DNA of 34,504 nt from Acholeplasmataceae bacterium (GCA_012719555.1 JAAYAE010000007.1:1-34504), one strand, 5' to 3'. Positions 26,146 to 34,504 are shown, counted from the stretch's first letter. Program-made: numbers and translations. Notes: generated from the letters alone by a model not told the origin.

Positions 26146-27423
26146 TTACAAATTTCCTACTATGCGAAGGTAGGTCTTATCTTTAGAATAAACATATTCT
26201 GTACTTAAAAATTCATGAATTCGATAACGAATACCAAACTCATTACCGCCAGGGCCACTAAAATGTTCTATTCTTATTTTCCATTTCGGAGAAAATTTGT
26301 ATTCAAATTTATAATTATTTTCCCCGGCTGAAATTCTTCTGGAATAACCTATAGAAATATTACCCAATTTACGCATATAGCCAGGGGAAAAATCCCACTC
26401 CGTGGGATTAACAATAACAGAAGCTTCCGCAAAAATTTCATCAGCCCCGGAAATATATTTACCAATATGAGCGACTCCCGAAATATTATGCCCATCTCTT
26501 CCAACATCGCCGTAACCTTCAAACCAAACTTTATAACGCGGTGAATTCAGTTGTGCCTCTACTATGGTGTCAGCTCCCGGAATAATGGTTAGCGTAGGTA
26601 CAATACCGTAAAGTTTAACCGCCTTTTGCTGCCTTAAAACCTTCAAAAGCCTTTCTCGAACGCTTTCCAGATTATCATTAATATACTGTATTGGTAAACC
26701 CCTAAGATTATTCACTTCCCTGCCGAAAATATTTTTGGTCTCTAAAAAAAGGATATTAGGCATGTTATCTGACATTATTTCCAAATGCACATTTTGCACT
26801 AATTTTCCCACAGGGTAAATTACAACTTGTACAACAGCCCTATCTTCCTGCCTGCTTAAATCAATAGCTGCTCTAAAATTAGGCAACGCAACAGCCACAT
26901 CTGCCCTAATCATCTGTCTTAAAACGCCGCCGGCCCAATCAGTTGCATCTACAGAAGCCCCAAGAACCGTGTTCCTTATTTGCGTTTGTAGCTGGGGCAT
27001 TTTTTTCAAAAGTTCTCCAGCCATATTATCATCAACATCAGAAAAACGAATATCTACCTGAACGTCCCCAATAACTTTACCCCAAGGTGACAAAGCTATA
27101 TTGACTTGCGTGGTCGTGCCTAAGACTAAACTTACTTTTTCCACTTGATAACCGGTTAACACCCTGTCGGTTACCTCTTGCAGCAAATTTGAATAATCTG
27201 ATTTTGACTTTTCAATTTGCTCAATTTCCCTGTTCATTAATAACTGTTCTGCAACTACCTGTATACTAGCAGTCATTCTCGCCAGCAAAGTATCACCGGC
27301 GTGATGACCTGCATCTTGAATCTTTACTTGTACCTGCTCAATCGGAGCAGCAAATACTATTGTTGGTAAGAACATGAGAACAAAGAGAAGCCCGAAAAGG
27401 CTATAGCAACTTTTTATCCTCAC
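26146..27423 (-). CDS. secreted protein of unknown function (425 aa) directly downstream of bamA; C-terminal segment resembles the TamB (DUF490) tail
   Basis: GTG start with GGGGGAGGGAAG SD. Signal peptide LLFVLMFLPTIVFA/AP. No family I can name. Tail IGYSRRISAGENNYKFEYKFSPKWKIRIEHFSGPGGNEFGIRYRIHEF aligns with the TamB end IGYSTSFDRQYHSVFAEYNITDKLNLNFSKDEKNRRWYGIQYQMSF. Confidence 0.6.
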   Translation of the reverse strand: MRIKSCYSLFGLLFVLMFLPTIVFAAPIEQVQVKIQDAGHHAGDTLLARMTASIQVVAEQLLMNREIEQIEKSKSDYSNLLQEVTDRVLTGYQVEKVSLVLGTTTQVNIALSPWGKVIGDVQVDIRFSDVDDNMAGELLKKMPQLQTQIRNTVLGASVDATDWAGGVLRQMIRADVAVALPNFRAAIDLSRQEDRAVVQVVIYPVGKLVQNVHLEIMSDNMPNILFLETKNIFGREVNNLRGLPIQYINDNLESVRERLLKVLRQQKAVKLYGIVPTLTIIPGADTIVEAQLNSPRYKVWFEGYGDVGRDGHNISGVAHIGKYISGADEIFAEASVIVNPTEWDFSPGYMRKLGNISIGYSRRISAGENNYKFEYKFSPKWKIRIEHFSGPGGNEFGIRYRIHEFLSTEYVYSKDKTYLRIVGNL

Positions 27424-27449
27424 TTAACTTCCCTCCCCCAATATTTACT

Positions 27450-29381
27450 TTAGAATTGTCCTCCAAAACTAAAGTGGAATCTTCCTCCATCGCCACCATT
27501 TAGCGGAATACCATAGTCTAAGCGCAATGGACCAAGCGGAGAATTAATACGTAAGCCAATACCGGCACTATACTTCATTAATCCCAATTCAAAATTATTT
27601 TCGCCATAATCTTTACTCCAAGCATAGCCCGCATCAGTAAATACCACTCCTTGTACTTTTTTAACTAAAGGAATTCTGTATTCTACACTGCCACGGAGCA
27701 TGCTGTTACCCTTAAATATATCATCGCGGTACCCACGAAGAGTATCACTGCCACCTACAGAAAATCTTTGACTTAGAGGCATATCCCCATTGGCAAAACC
27801 AACGCCTAAGTTCACTGCAATAACATTATTTACACCTTGACGATAGTAGTAACGGTAATCAGCACTATATTTTTGAAAACTAAAATCACCTCCAAAAGAA
27901 GCTACTTCCACAGAATAGTTATTTCGTTTACCTTCGTGTGGATCATAGATATTATCTCTACTATCCAATGTACGAGCAAAAATCACGCTGCGGGTAAGGC
28001 CAAAATTCTGAGCCTGTCTTTCAGCAATAACGTCAGCACTTTGCTGTGTGCCATCAAGATCGTATCCTTCAAAATACTGGTACTTATAGCCGCTAACTGG
28101 TTTAACATAGCTATCATCCCTATTTTTTAGTGTTACAGAATTTGTAATGAACTCATTATCTGTTACACGGCTAAAGGATATTTCTTCACCGCGTCTTTTC
28201 TTATAATAACGAGCAATTTCGTCACTATCACGATTATAATCAACATATTCATTAGTCATATTGTAAATTGTAATACCCATGGTAGTTTGTTTGTTGTCTA
28301 TCCAAGGACGCACATAGGATAACTCGTAGTTTTTGTTATAGACGTCATCGCCGCCAAACTCCCAGCGCAAATTAACCTTATCACCGGTGCCACGGAAATT
28401 CTTATCTCCAATAGAAATCATTCCCAAAATACCATCTGCATCACTGTAGCCGGCACCGATACCAAATGTTCCTGTACTCATTTCTGATACAGTAATTTCT
28501 ACAACCACTGTATTTTGTTGCTGGCCTGGATTTAATTTTATGTTAACATCTTCAAAATAACCTAGATTATAAATGCGTTGCATACTGCGACGGGCTGCCT
28601 TCGCGTTAAAAGGCTGTCCCTTCTTTAGCTTCATTTCTCTGGTAATAACATAATCTTTAGTCTTCGTATTGCCTTTAATTTTGAAATCTTCAACAACGCC
28701 TTCATTAATAAGTATGGCTAAATGACCATCAGGTAATAAACGAATATCGTTGACGCGAGCTAAAATATAGCCCTGCTTACTATATTCGCTTTCAATTCTG
28801 CGTGCCCCTTCATTAACTTTTTTAGTATTAAGCACTTGACCTTTAGGAATATCCACCATTTTTCTTATTTCGGCAGTAGAAATTTTAGTATTACCTTCTA
28901 CATCTAATTGTACAAAAGCTGGGTTTTCCATAATCGTGTAATCAATTTGGACACCTTCAGGTACCTCTCTGAAACTAGGCGTAATTTCATAAAATAATCC
29001 TGTTTCATATAGTGAGCGCATATCTGCCTCAAAGCCATCAGACGTAAATGTCGTCCCCGGCTTCATTTTAAGAACTTCTTTGATTTTCTCTTGATCCAAA
29101 TTATCAATACCAATTAAACTTACTTTGGCAACTAGGCTGCCCACATAAGGTGCCGCTTTAGCTGCATTATCTGCAGCTTTACTTTGCTCCTTTTGTAAGT
29201 TGGCCTCAGGCATCACGGATTTAGAAAGAGGTTCCACTTTCAGCTTTCCTTCAGCAGCTTCAACTTTCGGTTTGTGTTCTAACGGTTGGCTAACGGATAC
29301 CTCAGCGTACACAGGTGAGGTTAAAAGCAAGGATGTCAATATACCTGCGGCTAATGGCTGCCAAATTTTTCTTTTTTTCAT
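27450..29381 (-). CDS. bamA: BamA/Omp85 outer-membrane protein insertase, about 3 POTRA domains plus 16-strand barrel
   Basis: Signal peptide ...LLLTSPVYA. Lys/Glu/Ala-rich linker of about 60 aa. Three POTRA-like units begin at VAKVSLIGIDNL, FVQLDVEGNTKIS and VEDFKIKGNTKTKD. The barrel begins TGTFGIGAGYS, has the loop-6-like RGY in SDTLRGYRD, and ends in the beta-signal RFHFSFGGQF. GGGGG SD precedes ATG29381. Confidence 0.92.
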   Translation of the reverse strand: MKKRKIWQPLAAGILTSLLLTSPVYAEVSVSQPLEHKPKVEAAEGKLKVEPLSKSVMPEANLQKEQSKAADNAAKAAPYVGSLVAKVSLIGIDNLDQEKIKEVLKMKPGTTFTSDGFEADMRSLYETGLFYEITPSFREVPEGVQIDYTIMENPAFVQLDVEGNTKISTAEIRKMVDIPKGQVLNTKKVNEGARRIESEYSKQGYILARVNDIRLLPDGHLAILINEGVVEDFKIKGNTKTKDYVITREMKLKKGQPFNAKAARRSMQRIYNLGYFEDVNIKLNPGQQQNTVVVEITVSEMSTGTFGIGAGYSDADGILGMISIGDKNFRGTGDKVNLRWEFGGDDVYNKNYELSYVRPWIDNKQTTMGITIYNMTNEYVDYNRDSDEIARYYKKRRGEEISFSRVTDNEFITNSVTLKNRDDSYVKPVSGYKYQYFEGYDLDGTQQSADVIAERQAQNFGLTRSVIFARTLDSRDNIYDPHEGKRNNYSVEVASFGGDFSFQKYSADYRYYYRQGVNNVIAVNLGVGFANGDMPLSQRFSVGGSDTLRGYRDDIFKGNSMLRGSVEYRIPLVKKVQGVVFTDAGYAWSKDYGENNFELGLMKYSAGIGLRINSPLGPLRLDYGIPLNGGDGGRFHFSFGGQF

Positions 29382-29391
29382 GTTAAACCCC

Positions 29392-29940
29392 CTAATTTGA
29401 TTCACTTAATCTCTTGCGTGCTACGCGCACTAAATTGCGCATTTCCTGCGTTTCTGCCAACGGCGTATTCTGCGTTACTTTTGTCTTTGAAACATTTTGC
29501 TCTTCTGATAAAGATTCAGGTTCTTTTATTTTGTATTCTGCACCGCTGCCATTTTTAGGCATAGCGTCAACATTTGTAGCTACAACTTCCGCACTTTTAG
29601 GTGATATCAGAGGTTGTGGTTGTGTGATTTGTACGACATTTATCACAGGCTTTACTTGTGTGGCAGCAAGCTCGCTTTGGTTCATTGTGCTTTTAGCCCA
29701 AAACCAACTGCCCACTCCTACCAAAACAAGAATGCCGGCAATACCTATGGCCAAGGTTTGTCTTGCCCAAAAACTTTTAGATCCACGTTTTTCCCGCAAA
29801 AACTGCATCTGAGCTTCTGCTAACATTAAATCCAATTCTCCCCGTGCACCATTGTGAGCCTTAAAGCTTTCCTCAGCATTTTTTAAATTACTTTGCAAAG
29901 TTTTTATCTGGTCACAAATACCTTTTCTTTGCCTTACCAT
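29392..29940 (-). CDS. single-pass membrane protein (182 aa), possible anti-sigma/regulatory partner of the upstream sigma factor
   Basis: Helical N-terminus of about 60 aa, TM TLAIGIAGILVLVGVGSWFWA, then a low-complexity C-terminal region of about 100 aa. No recognisable domain and no ZAS motif. The stop is 10 nt before the bamA start. Confidence 0.55.
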   Translation of the reverse strand: MVRQRKGICDQIKTLQSNLKNAEESFKAHNGARGELDLMLAEAQMQFLREKRGSKSFWARQTLAIGIAGILVLVGVGSWFWAKSTMNQSELAATQVKPVINVVQITQPQPLISPKSAEVVATNVDAMPKNGSGAEYKIKEPESLSEEQNVSKTKVTQNTPLAETQEMRNLVRVARKRLSESN

Positions 29941-30083
29941 TATACCGTCACCGCCTTAAAAACTATACCGATATATAGTCCTAATTAGCACTTATATCTC
30001 CGCCTGCCATTAATGGTGATTTTAAGCTTATTGCTAAACTTTACGTATTCTATCTTCATTTTTCAGACCTTTATCACTAACAG

Positions 30084-30725
30084 TTATATTTTCTTCAAAT
30101 CTGCCATTAACCGTGACAACATACCTCGCACACGTCGCACACCTTTTTTTTGCAGCCGATAAACATGCCCGGTGGTCACATTAATTGCAGCTGCAATATC
30201 TATTGGTCGTTTATCTTCCAAATAAATGGCAGATAGTACTAGTTGTTCTTTATCAGGCAGCCTCTCAATAGCCGCTAAAACTCTTCCTGAAAGAAAATTT
30301 CGCTCCGCCTGCTCAGCAGGAGATGTCTCCTGTGAGATCAACATATCTGACCAAGAAATTCCACTGCCGGCAATGGCCTCACTATCTAAAGATAATGTGC
30401 CGCCACCATATTCTGAATTTAAATAATCTATCATCCTGCCCTTTATACGATGTAAAGCAAAAATACTGAAAGCAACTCCCTTGGTATAATCAAAGCGTTC
30501 CGCTGCTTCCAAAAGCCCAACAGTCCCTTCTTGAATTAGTTCCAATACCTGTTCTGAAGGAAGTTTAAATGATAAGGCCGTCTTAAAAACAAGGGGCTGG
30601 TAGGAACGTATAAGCAAATTATGTGCATCTGTATCTCCGTTTCCGCTCTTTTCCCAAAGAGAAATCTCTTCCTCGCGAGAGAGTAATTTTATTTTTCCCA
30701 ATTCTTCTAAATATTTGCTAAGCAT
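30084..30725 (-). CDS. sigma-70 family RNA polymerase sigma factor (213 aa, group-3-like, not ECF-like)
   Basis: Region 1.2/2: YLEELGKIKLLSREEEISLW, LIRSYQPLVFKTA, LIQEGTVGLLEAAERFDYTKGVAFSIFALHRIKG. Region 4 HTH: LPDKEQLVLSAIYLEDKRPIDIAAAINVTTGHVYRLQKKGVRRVR. GGAGG SD; it starts 21 nt after the tamB stop. Confidence 0.85.
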   Translation of the reverse strand: MLSKYLEELGKIKLLSREEEISLWEKSGNGDTDAHNLLIRSYQPLVFKTALSFKLPSEQVLELIQEGTVGLLEAAERFDYTKGVAFSIFALHRIKGRMIDYLNSEYGGGTLSLDSEAIAGSGISWSDMLISQETSPAEQAERNFLSGRVLAAIERLPDKEQLVLSAIYLEDKRPIDIAAAINVTTGHVYRLQKKGVRRVRGMLSRLMADLKKI

Positions 30726-30746
30726 ATCCTACCTCCTTTCTTTGCT

Positions 30747-33700
30747 TTAAAATGACATCTGATATTGAATTCCATACCATCTTCGATTTTTTTCATCTTT
30801 GGAAAAATTCAGATTGAGTTTATCCGTAATATTATACTCCGCGAACACACTGTGGTATTGTCTATCAAAACTAGTTGAATATCCTATCATGGCATTTTTC
30901 ATAAAATGCTTGCTGACTAATACATTATACTGGTTTCTGTCCTCATTAGTAAAGTTTTCTGCTTTCAAGGCATCAATATCAAACCCAATACTTGACCGTA
31001 CATTGCCATTATAAATTCTAAATTCGTCAAAAGCAAAGGTTTGTTTTACAAAATCTTCTATATCTCCCATAAATGTCATCTGCAACCCTGCGTCCAAAAG
31101 CCCTTGAACATTGGCATTGTTCACACTGCTGTTAACATTGTCATCCGTAGTTTTTAAGGTCAACATGCGTAACAATTCTGTCTGACTCTTTGCGGGATTA
31201 GAACTCAATGAAATATTCAAATCATCTACTGAGCCATCAGCTTTTGCGGTAATATTATAACGACTAAATCTACTGGTAGCCTCAAAGCTTACAGAAGGCA
31301 TTACACTTCCAGGTATTGGCCACGCCACTGAAGCGCGTTTAATGTTAAAAGGTGTTCTAATATAACTTATAGTTCCTTTGGTAGCATCTATACTGCCATC
31401 CACGTTTGTGAATTTTGTGCTTCCTGTAATATGAAGTCCCCCTGCAATCCATAAGTCATACATGTATTTATTGCGCAAATGAATGCTAGGTCCCAGCTCT
31501 ACCGTTACATCAAGACCTATATTAGAATCACTTTGTCCTATATCCGGAATTCCGGGAATATTCAGCAATACATCATCTAATCTTATTGTGGAAGTCAAGT
31601 GCGGCCTGTTACGTTTTTGTGTAACTTCTCCGTGGGCGTTAATTGTACCATTAAAATAAGTCGATACAACTTGAACCTTTTTAGCATCAAAATTTAATAA
31701 ATATGGTGTATTGGAAGCATCATTAAAAGCAAAGTTACCATTGGCTACAAAAAGCCCCTCTTTACCAATATTACTGGATAATTCTTTTAATGTTACTTGC
31801 TTACCGTTAAAAGCAACTTCCATTTTAAAATTGTCCAGCAAAGTAGACATTTCCTTAATTTTAATTGTTCCTTTATCAACAAACACAGAACCATTAATCC
31901 TAGGATCTTCCAAAGTACCAGTAATATCTACATTTCCCTTAGTATCTCCCACCGCCCAATCAATCCATTTAGTAAGAGAAGGCAAAATAGCCAAGTTAGC
32001 ATTATCCAATCTAACGCTTAAATCCATCTGGGCATCTGGGTTTCTACGATTATCTTTAGCTCTTAGCAAATCTTCTGGGAAAGTACCATAGGCACTGACT
32101 TTATAAACATCTTTTTCCAAAAGTAATTGTTCCAGCTTGAACATGTCATCCCGCAATGTCACCATACCATATAAATTATCAAAGGAAACGCCGGCTACCG
32201 TTCCCTGCGTTACCTGTAAAGAAACGTTGCCATTAGGATTATCCAGACTCCCGGTCAACTGTGCAGTAAAGTCCATTTGTCCGCCAAGCTCAACAGGTTT
32301 TGCCATAAAAGCCGTTAATATTGCGGCATTCACCTTATTGCAGCCAATTTCCAGATCAATTTTGCGCCCTTTAAAATCTACCTTACCTTGGGCAGCCATA
32401 AATCCCCCTGTTTCTTCTTCTGCTTTCATATTCATTATCTGCAAAAGTCCTCTTTTGTAGAATAAATCAAAAGCAATATCCTTAAAAGGAACACTGCGAA
32501 TCTTACTTTTGTTAACTTTGCCTGTTATGCTGATCCCACTGCCTTTGCCATCTTTATTGATAACAATTTTACCATCTAATAATCCTTCCATAGCAAATTC
32601 TTCTTTGGCCATCTTAAGTAATGATTTTACATTACCACCTGTAACATTTAACGTCCCTTGAAGTAATCCTTCCCCTAAATCCAACAGCAAGGATGCTTCA
32701 TAATCTCCACCGGCCTTTTGATGGAAGGTACCATTTAATTTATTTCGTGTTCCGCCGCTACTTTCCAAAAAGAAAGCAAGGCCTGTTAATTCTTCCCCAT
32801 TTATTTTAACAGAGTTTGACGTTAGCGCACCGGCAAACATGGGTAAGGCCCTAGTTCCCTTTACCCTACCGCTAAAATCCACCATGCCCTCAACATCCGC
32901 ATAGTTATTAATCTGCGGTATCCGTGCTAAATGTATTTGCCTTGCATCCATTACAAAATCCAAGTTGCCTGCAGCGTCCATGTTGCCATCCAAATCAATG
33001 TTGGTAGTCAAGGTTTTGATTTTGAACCCTTTAAGAGTCAAAACACCAGCATTGTAACTGTATTCACCGGCAACATCATCTACCAAAAATTTCTTACAGC
33101 TGCCATCCCAAGCGTGCATTTTTCCAACAATATTTAAATTATTAATCGCTCCGTAAACGTGGGCTTCATTGGTAAAATTACCTGTTATTTTTGCCGTAGG
33201 TGCAAAATAGTCGGAAATAGGATCTATGCGCACATGCTTTGTCGTAAGGTTAATATCTACTACTGTCTGATCTCCGCTAAAATCAATAAAACCATCAACC
33301 AAGTGCCTACCCTGCTCCATATTCAATTGCAATTGCTTTATCGTCAGCACATTGTCTTTAAAAGATAGAAAACCATTAGCTTCTTTAAATTTTTGTCCGA
33401 AAATTTCCCCTGCGCCTAAAGCTGCCATACCTTCAATATTAAATGAATGTACCGGACCATAGACAGTGAACTCCCCTGATAAAGTACCATAACCATCTTT
33501 ATTTGCTAGTTGCAAGAACGGACTAATAGGGAATTTTGAAATTCTTGCCTTAGCATCAATAATGCCATTTTTCACCGAACCTTTAGCCACCATAGCCCCA
33601 CCATCATCACTAAAGCCGCTAAAATTATTGATAATAACTGATTCTTTATTTATGTCTACATCTACATCTAACTTTTTAAATACGGTTCCACGCCATGTTA

Positions 33701-34504
33701 AGGTCAGCAAGTTGGCAAAAGTACTTAACTTTATGCTTTCGTTAGCCAAAGACCCCTCTAGAGCAATATTACCATCAGCAACAATACTCTCATTAGGTAA
33801 TTGTGCCAAAGGCGCTAAATCAACCTGTTTCATGTCTACATTAGCTAAAATTCTGCTTTTCTTTTGATCATATGTTGCGGCAATAGAAAGCTTGCCTCCT
33901 GAATACTGGGCAGTAGCATCGGAAATTATTATTTTATCATCTTGCATAGACAAGGGAACACTAACATTAGTCAAATTTTCTCCGGCTATTACCAAATCAG
34001 GAGCAAATATATTGCCTTTTACTAAAATTTTATCTTTCGTACCATTTAAAACCAAATTACCGCTAACAGCTCCTGCTACCGGAGAAGCAGGAATAATCTT
34101 AGATACATCAAATTTTTCCAGCTGAATTGCTAAATCCTCAGCAGCAGGATTTTCTCTATTGGTAAAATCTATATTACCATTTATCTCAGCTTTTTCACCT
34201 TTTACTGTAACAGAAAGTTTTTCAGCCGTAATAGCCATTTCATGGAAATTAATCTTGCCATCTAAGGTTACAGGAATCCTGTCATTACCATTAATAATTG
34301 TTCCTGAGGCTTGGGAAAATTTACCGCTGCCGGACATACCCACAGCACGACCATCGTTATGCCACAAAAGATTCATGTCTTTAATATCTCCTGACATATT
34401 GCTTACGGGAATGTAATGTTCAATAAAAGCAGTAAATTGGTCCAATCCAAAGGACTCGGTTTTAATCGCTAATGTTCCGGCTCTGTCTTTATTTATTTTA
34501 CCTA
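30747..34504 (-). CDS. tamB: TamB-like translocation and assembly module protein (AsmA-like/DUF490), 5' partial; the ORF remains open to the window edge
   Basis: More than 1250 aa of repetitive beta-rich sequence with no TM in the visible part. The DUF490-like C-terminal tail ends YGIQYQMSF. The frame upstream of the track start (TTG34445) reads on without a stop through 34504 (..GKINKDRAGTLAIKTESFG-LDQF..). Confidence 0.88.
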   Translation of the reverse strand, partial: GKINKDRAGTLAIKTESFGLDQFTAFIEHYIPVSNMSGDIKDMNLLWHNDGRAVGMSGSGKFSQASGTIINGNDRIPVTLDGKINFHEMAITAEKLSVTVKGEKAEINGNIDFTNRENPAAEDLAIQLEKFDVSKIIPASPVAGAVSGNLVLNGTKDKILVKGNIFAPDLVIAGENLTNVSVPLSMQDDKIIISDATAQYSGGKLSIAATYDQKKSRILANVDMKQVDLAPLAQLPNESIVADGNIALEGSLANESIKLSTFANLLTLTWRGTVFKKLDVDVDINKESVIINNFSGFSDDGGAMVAKGSVKNGIIDAKARISKFPISPFLQLANKDGYGTLSGEFTVYGPVHSFNIEGMAALGAGEIFGQKFKEANGFLSFKDNVLTIKQLQLNMEQGRHLVDGFIDFSGDQTVVDINLTTKHVRIDPISDYFAPTAKITGNFTNEAHVYGAINNLNIVGKMHAWDGSCKKFLVDDVAGEYSYNAGVLTLKGFKIKTLTTNIDLDGNMDAAGNLDFVMDARQIHLARIPQINNYADVEGMVDFSGRVKGTRALPMFAGALTSNSVKINGEELTGLAFFLESSGGTRNKLNGTFHQKAGGDYEASLLLDLGEGLLQGTLNVTGGNVKSLLKMAKEEFAMEGLLDGKIVINKDGKGSGISITGKVNKSKIRSVPFKDIAFDLFYKRGLLQIMNMKAEEETGGFMAAQGKVDFKGRKIDLEIGCNKVNAAILTAFMAKPVELGGQMDFTAQLTGSLDNPNGNVSLQVTQGTVAGVSFDNLYGMVTLRDDMFKLEQLLLEKDVYKVSAYGTFPEDLLRAKDNRRNPDAQMDLSVRLDNANLAILPSLTKWIDWAVGDTKGNVDITGTLEDPRINGSVFVDKGTIKIKEMSTLLDNFKMEVAFNGKQVTLKELSSNIGKEGLFVANGNFAFNDASNTPYLLNFDAKKVQVVSTYFNGTINAHGEVTQKRNRPHLTSTIRLDDVLLNIPGIPDIGQSDSNIGLDVTVELGPSIHLRNKYMYDLWIAGGLHITGSTKFTNVDGSIDATKGTISYIRTPFNIKRASVAWPIPGSVMPSVSFEATSRFSRYNITAKADGSVDDLNISLSSNPAKSQTELLRMLTLKTTDDNVNSSVNNANVQGLLDAGLQMTFMGDIEDFVKQTFAFDEFRIYNGNVRSSIGFDIDALKAENFTNEDRNQYNVLVSKHFMKNAMIGYSTSFDRQYHSVFAEYNITDKLNLNFSKDEKNRRWYGIQYQMSF

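Noticed and set aside
2701-34416. Plus-strand ORFs of 60-142 aa throughout the cluster (e.g. 8757-9116, 21097-21504, 22104-22532, 29414-29812, 31711-32091, 33562-33867)
   Set aside because: All lie antisense to long ORFs with clear conserved-family signatures. Their translations are low-complexity (Ser/Leu/Ile/Phe-rich mirror products), and the ones I checked have no SD. I treat them as shadow ORFs.
1-34504. Scan for CRISPR repeats, tRNA/rRNA, transposases, integrases, phage or defence-system genes
   Set aside because: I noticed no regularly spaced direct repeats, no cloverleaf-like or rRNA-like segments, and no ORF with recombinase, transposase or nuclease-helicase defence signatures. Every long ORF is accounted for by envelope biogenesis or the two flanking housekeeping genes.

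Overview
Nearly the whole window (2554-34504, about 29 genes, all on the minus strand, many with 1-8 nt start/stop overlaps) is one outer-membrane/LPS biogenesis supercluster. It is the kind known from diderm Firmicutes (Negativicutes/Halanaerobiales). Order in transcription direction: tamB (5' end cut by the window edge), sigma-70-family factor, single-pass membrane protein, bamA, unknown 425-aa secreted protein, three skp/ompH paralogs | terminator+promoter | lpxD, YjbH-like small barrel, lpxL-like, lpxC-fabZ fusion, lpxA, lpxI | terminator+promoter | lpxB, msbA, waaA-lpxK fusion, kdsB, kdsA, kdsD, kdsC, second lpxL-like, lptC, lptA, lptB, one lptF/G, DUF3084 gene (frameshifted), YqgF/RuvX-like gene | own promoter | SLH-domain OmpM porin. 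The left 2.5 kb (plus strand) carries a BASS-family transporter and an SH3b-NlpC/P60 cell-wall hydrolase, separated from ompM by a bidirectional terminator. I saw no rRNA, tRNA, CRISPR array, transposase or integrase. The best candidates for undescribed biology are uncharacterised genes embedded in the conserved machinery. These are the non-ECF sigma factor plus membrane protein between tamB and bamA, and the 425-aa protein after bamA whose tail resembles the TamB C-terminus. Others are a double-length Skp-like lipoprotein, the coupled DUF3084/YqgF-like pair with an apparent -1 frameshift at an A-AAG site, and an lpxC-fabZ fusion retaining an internal SD+ATG at the FabZ boundary. All functional calls come from reading the translated ORFs by eye; no database search was run.
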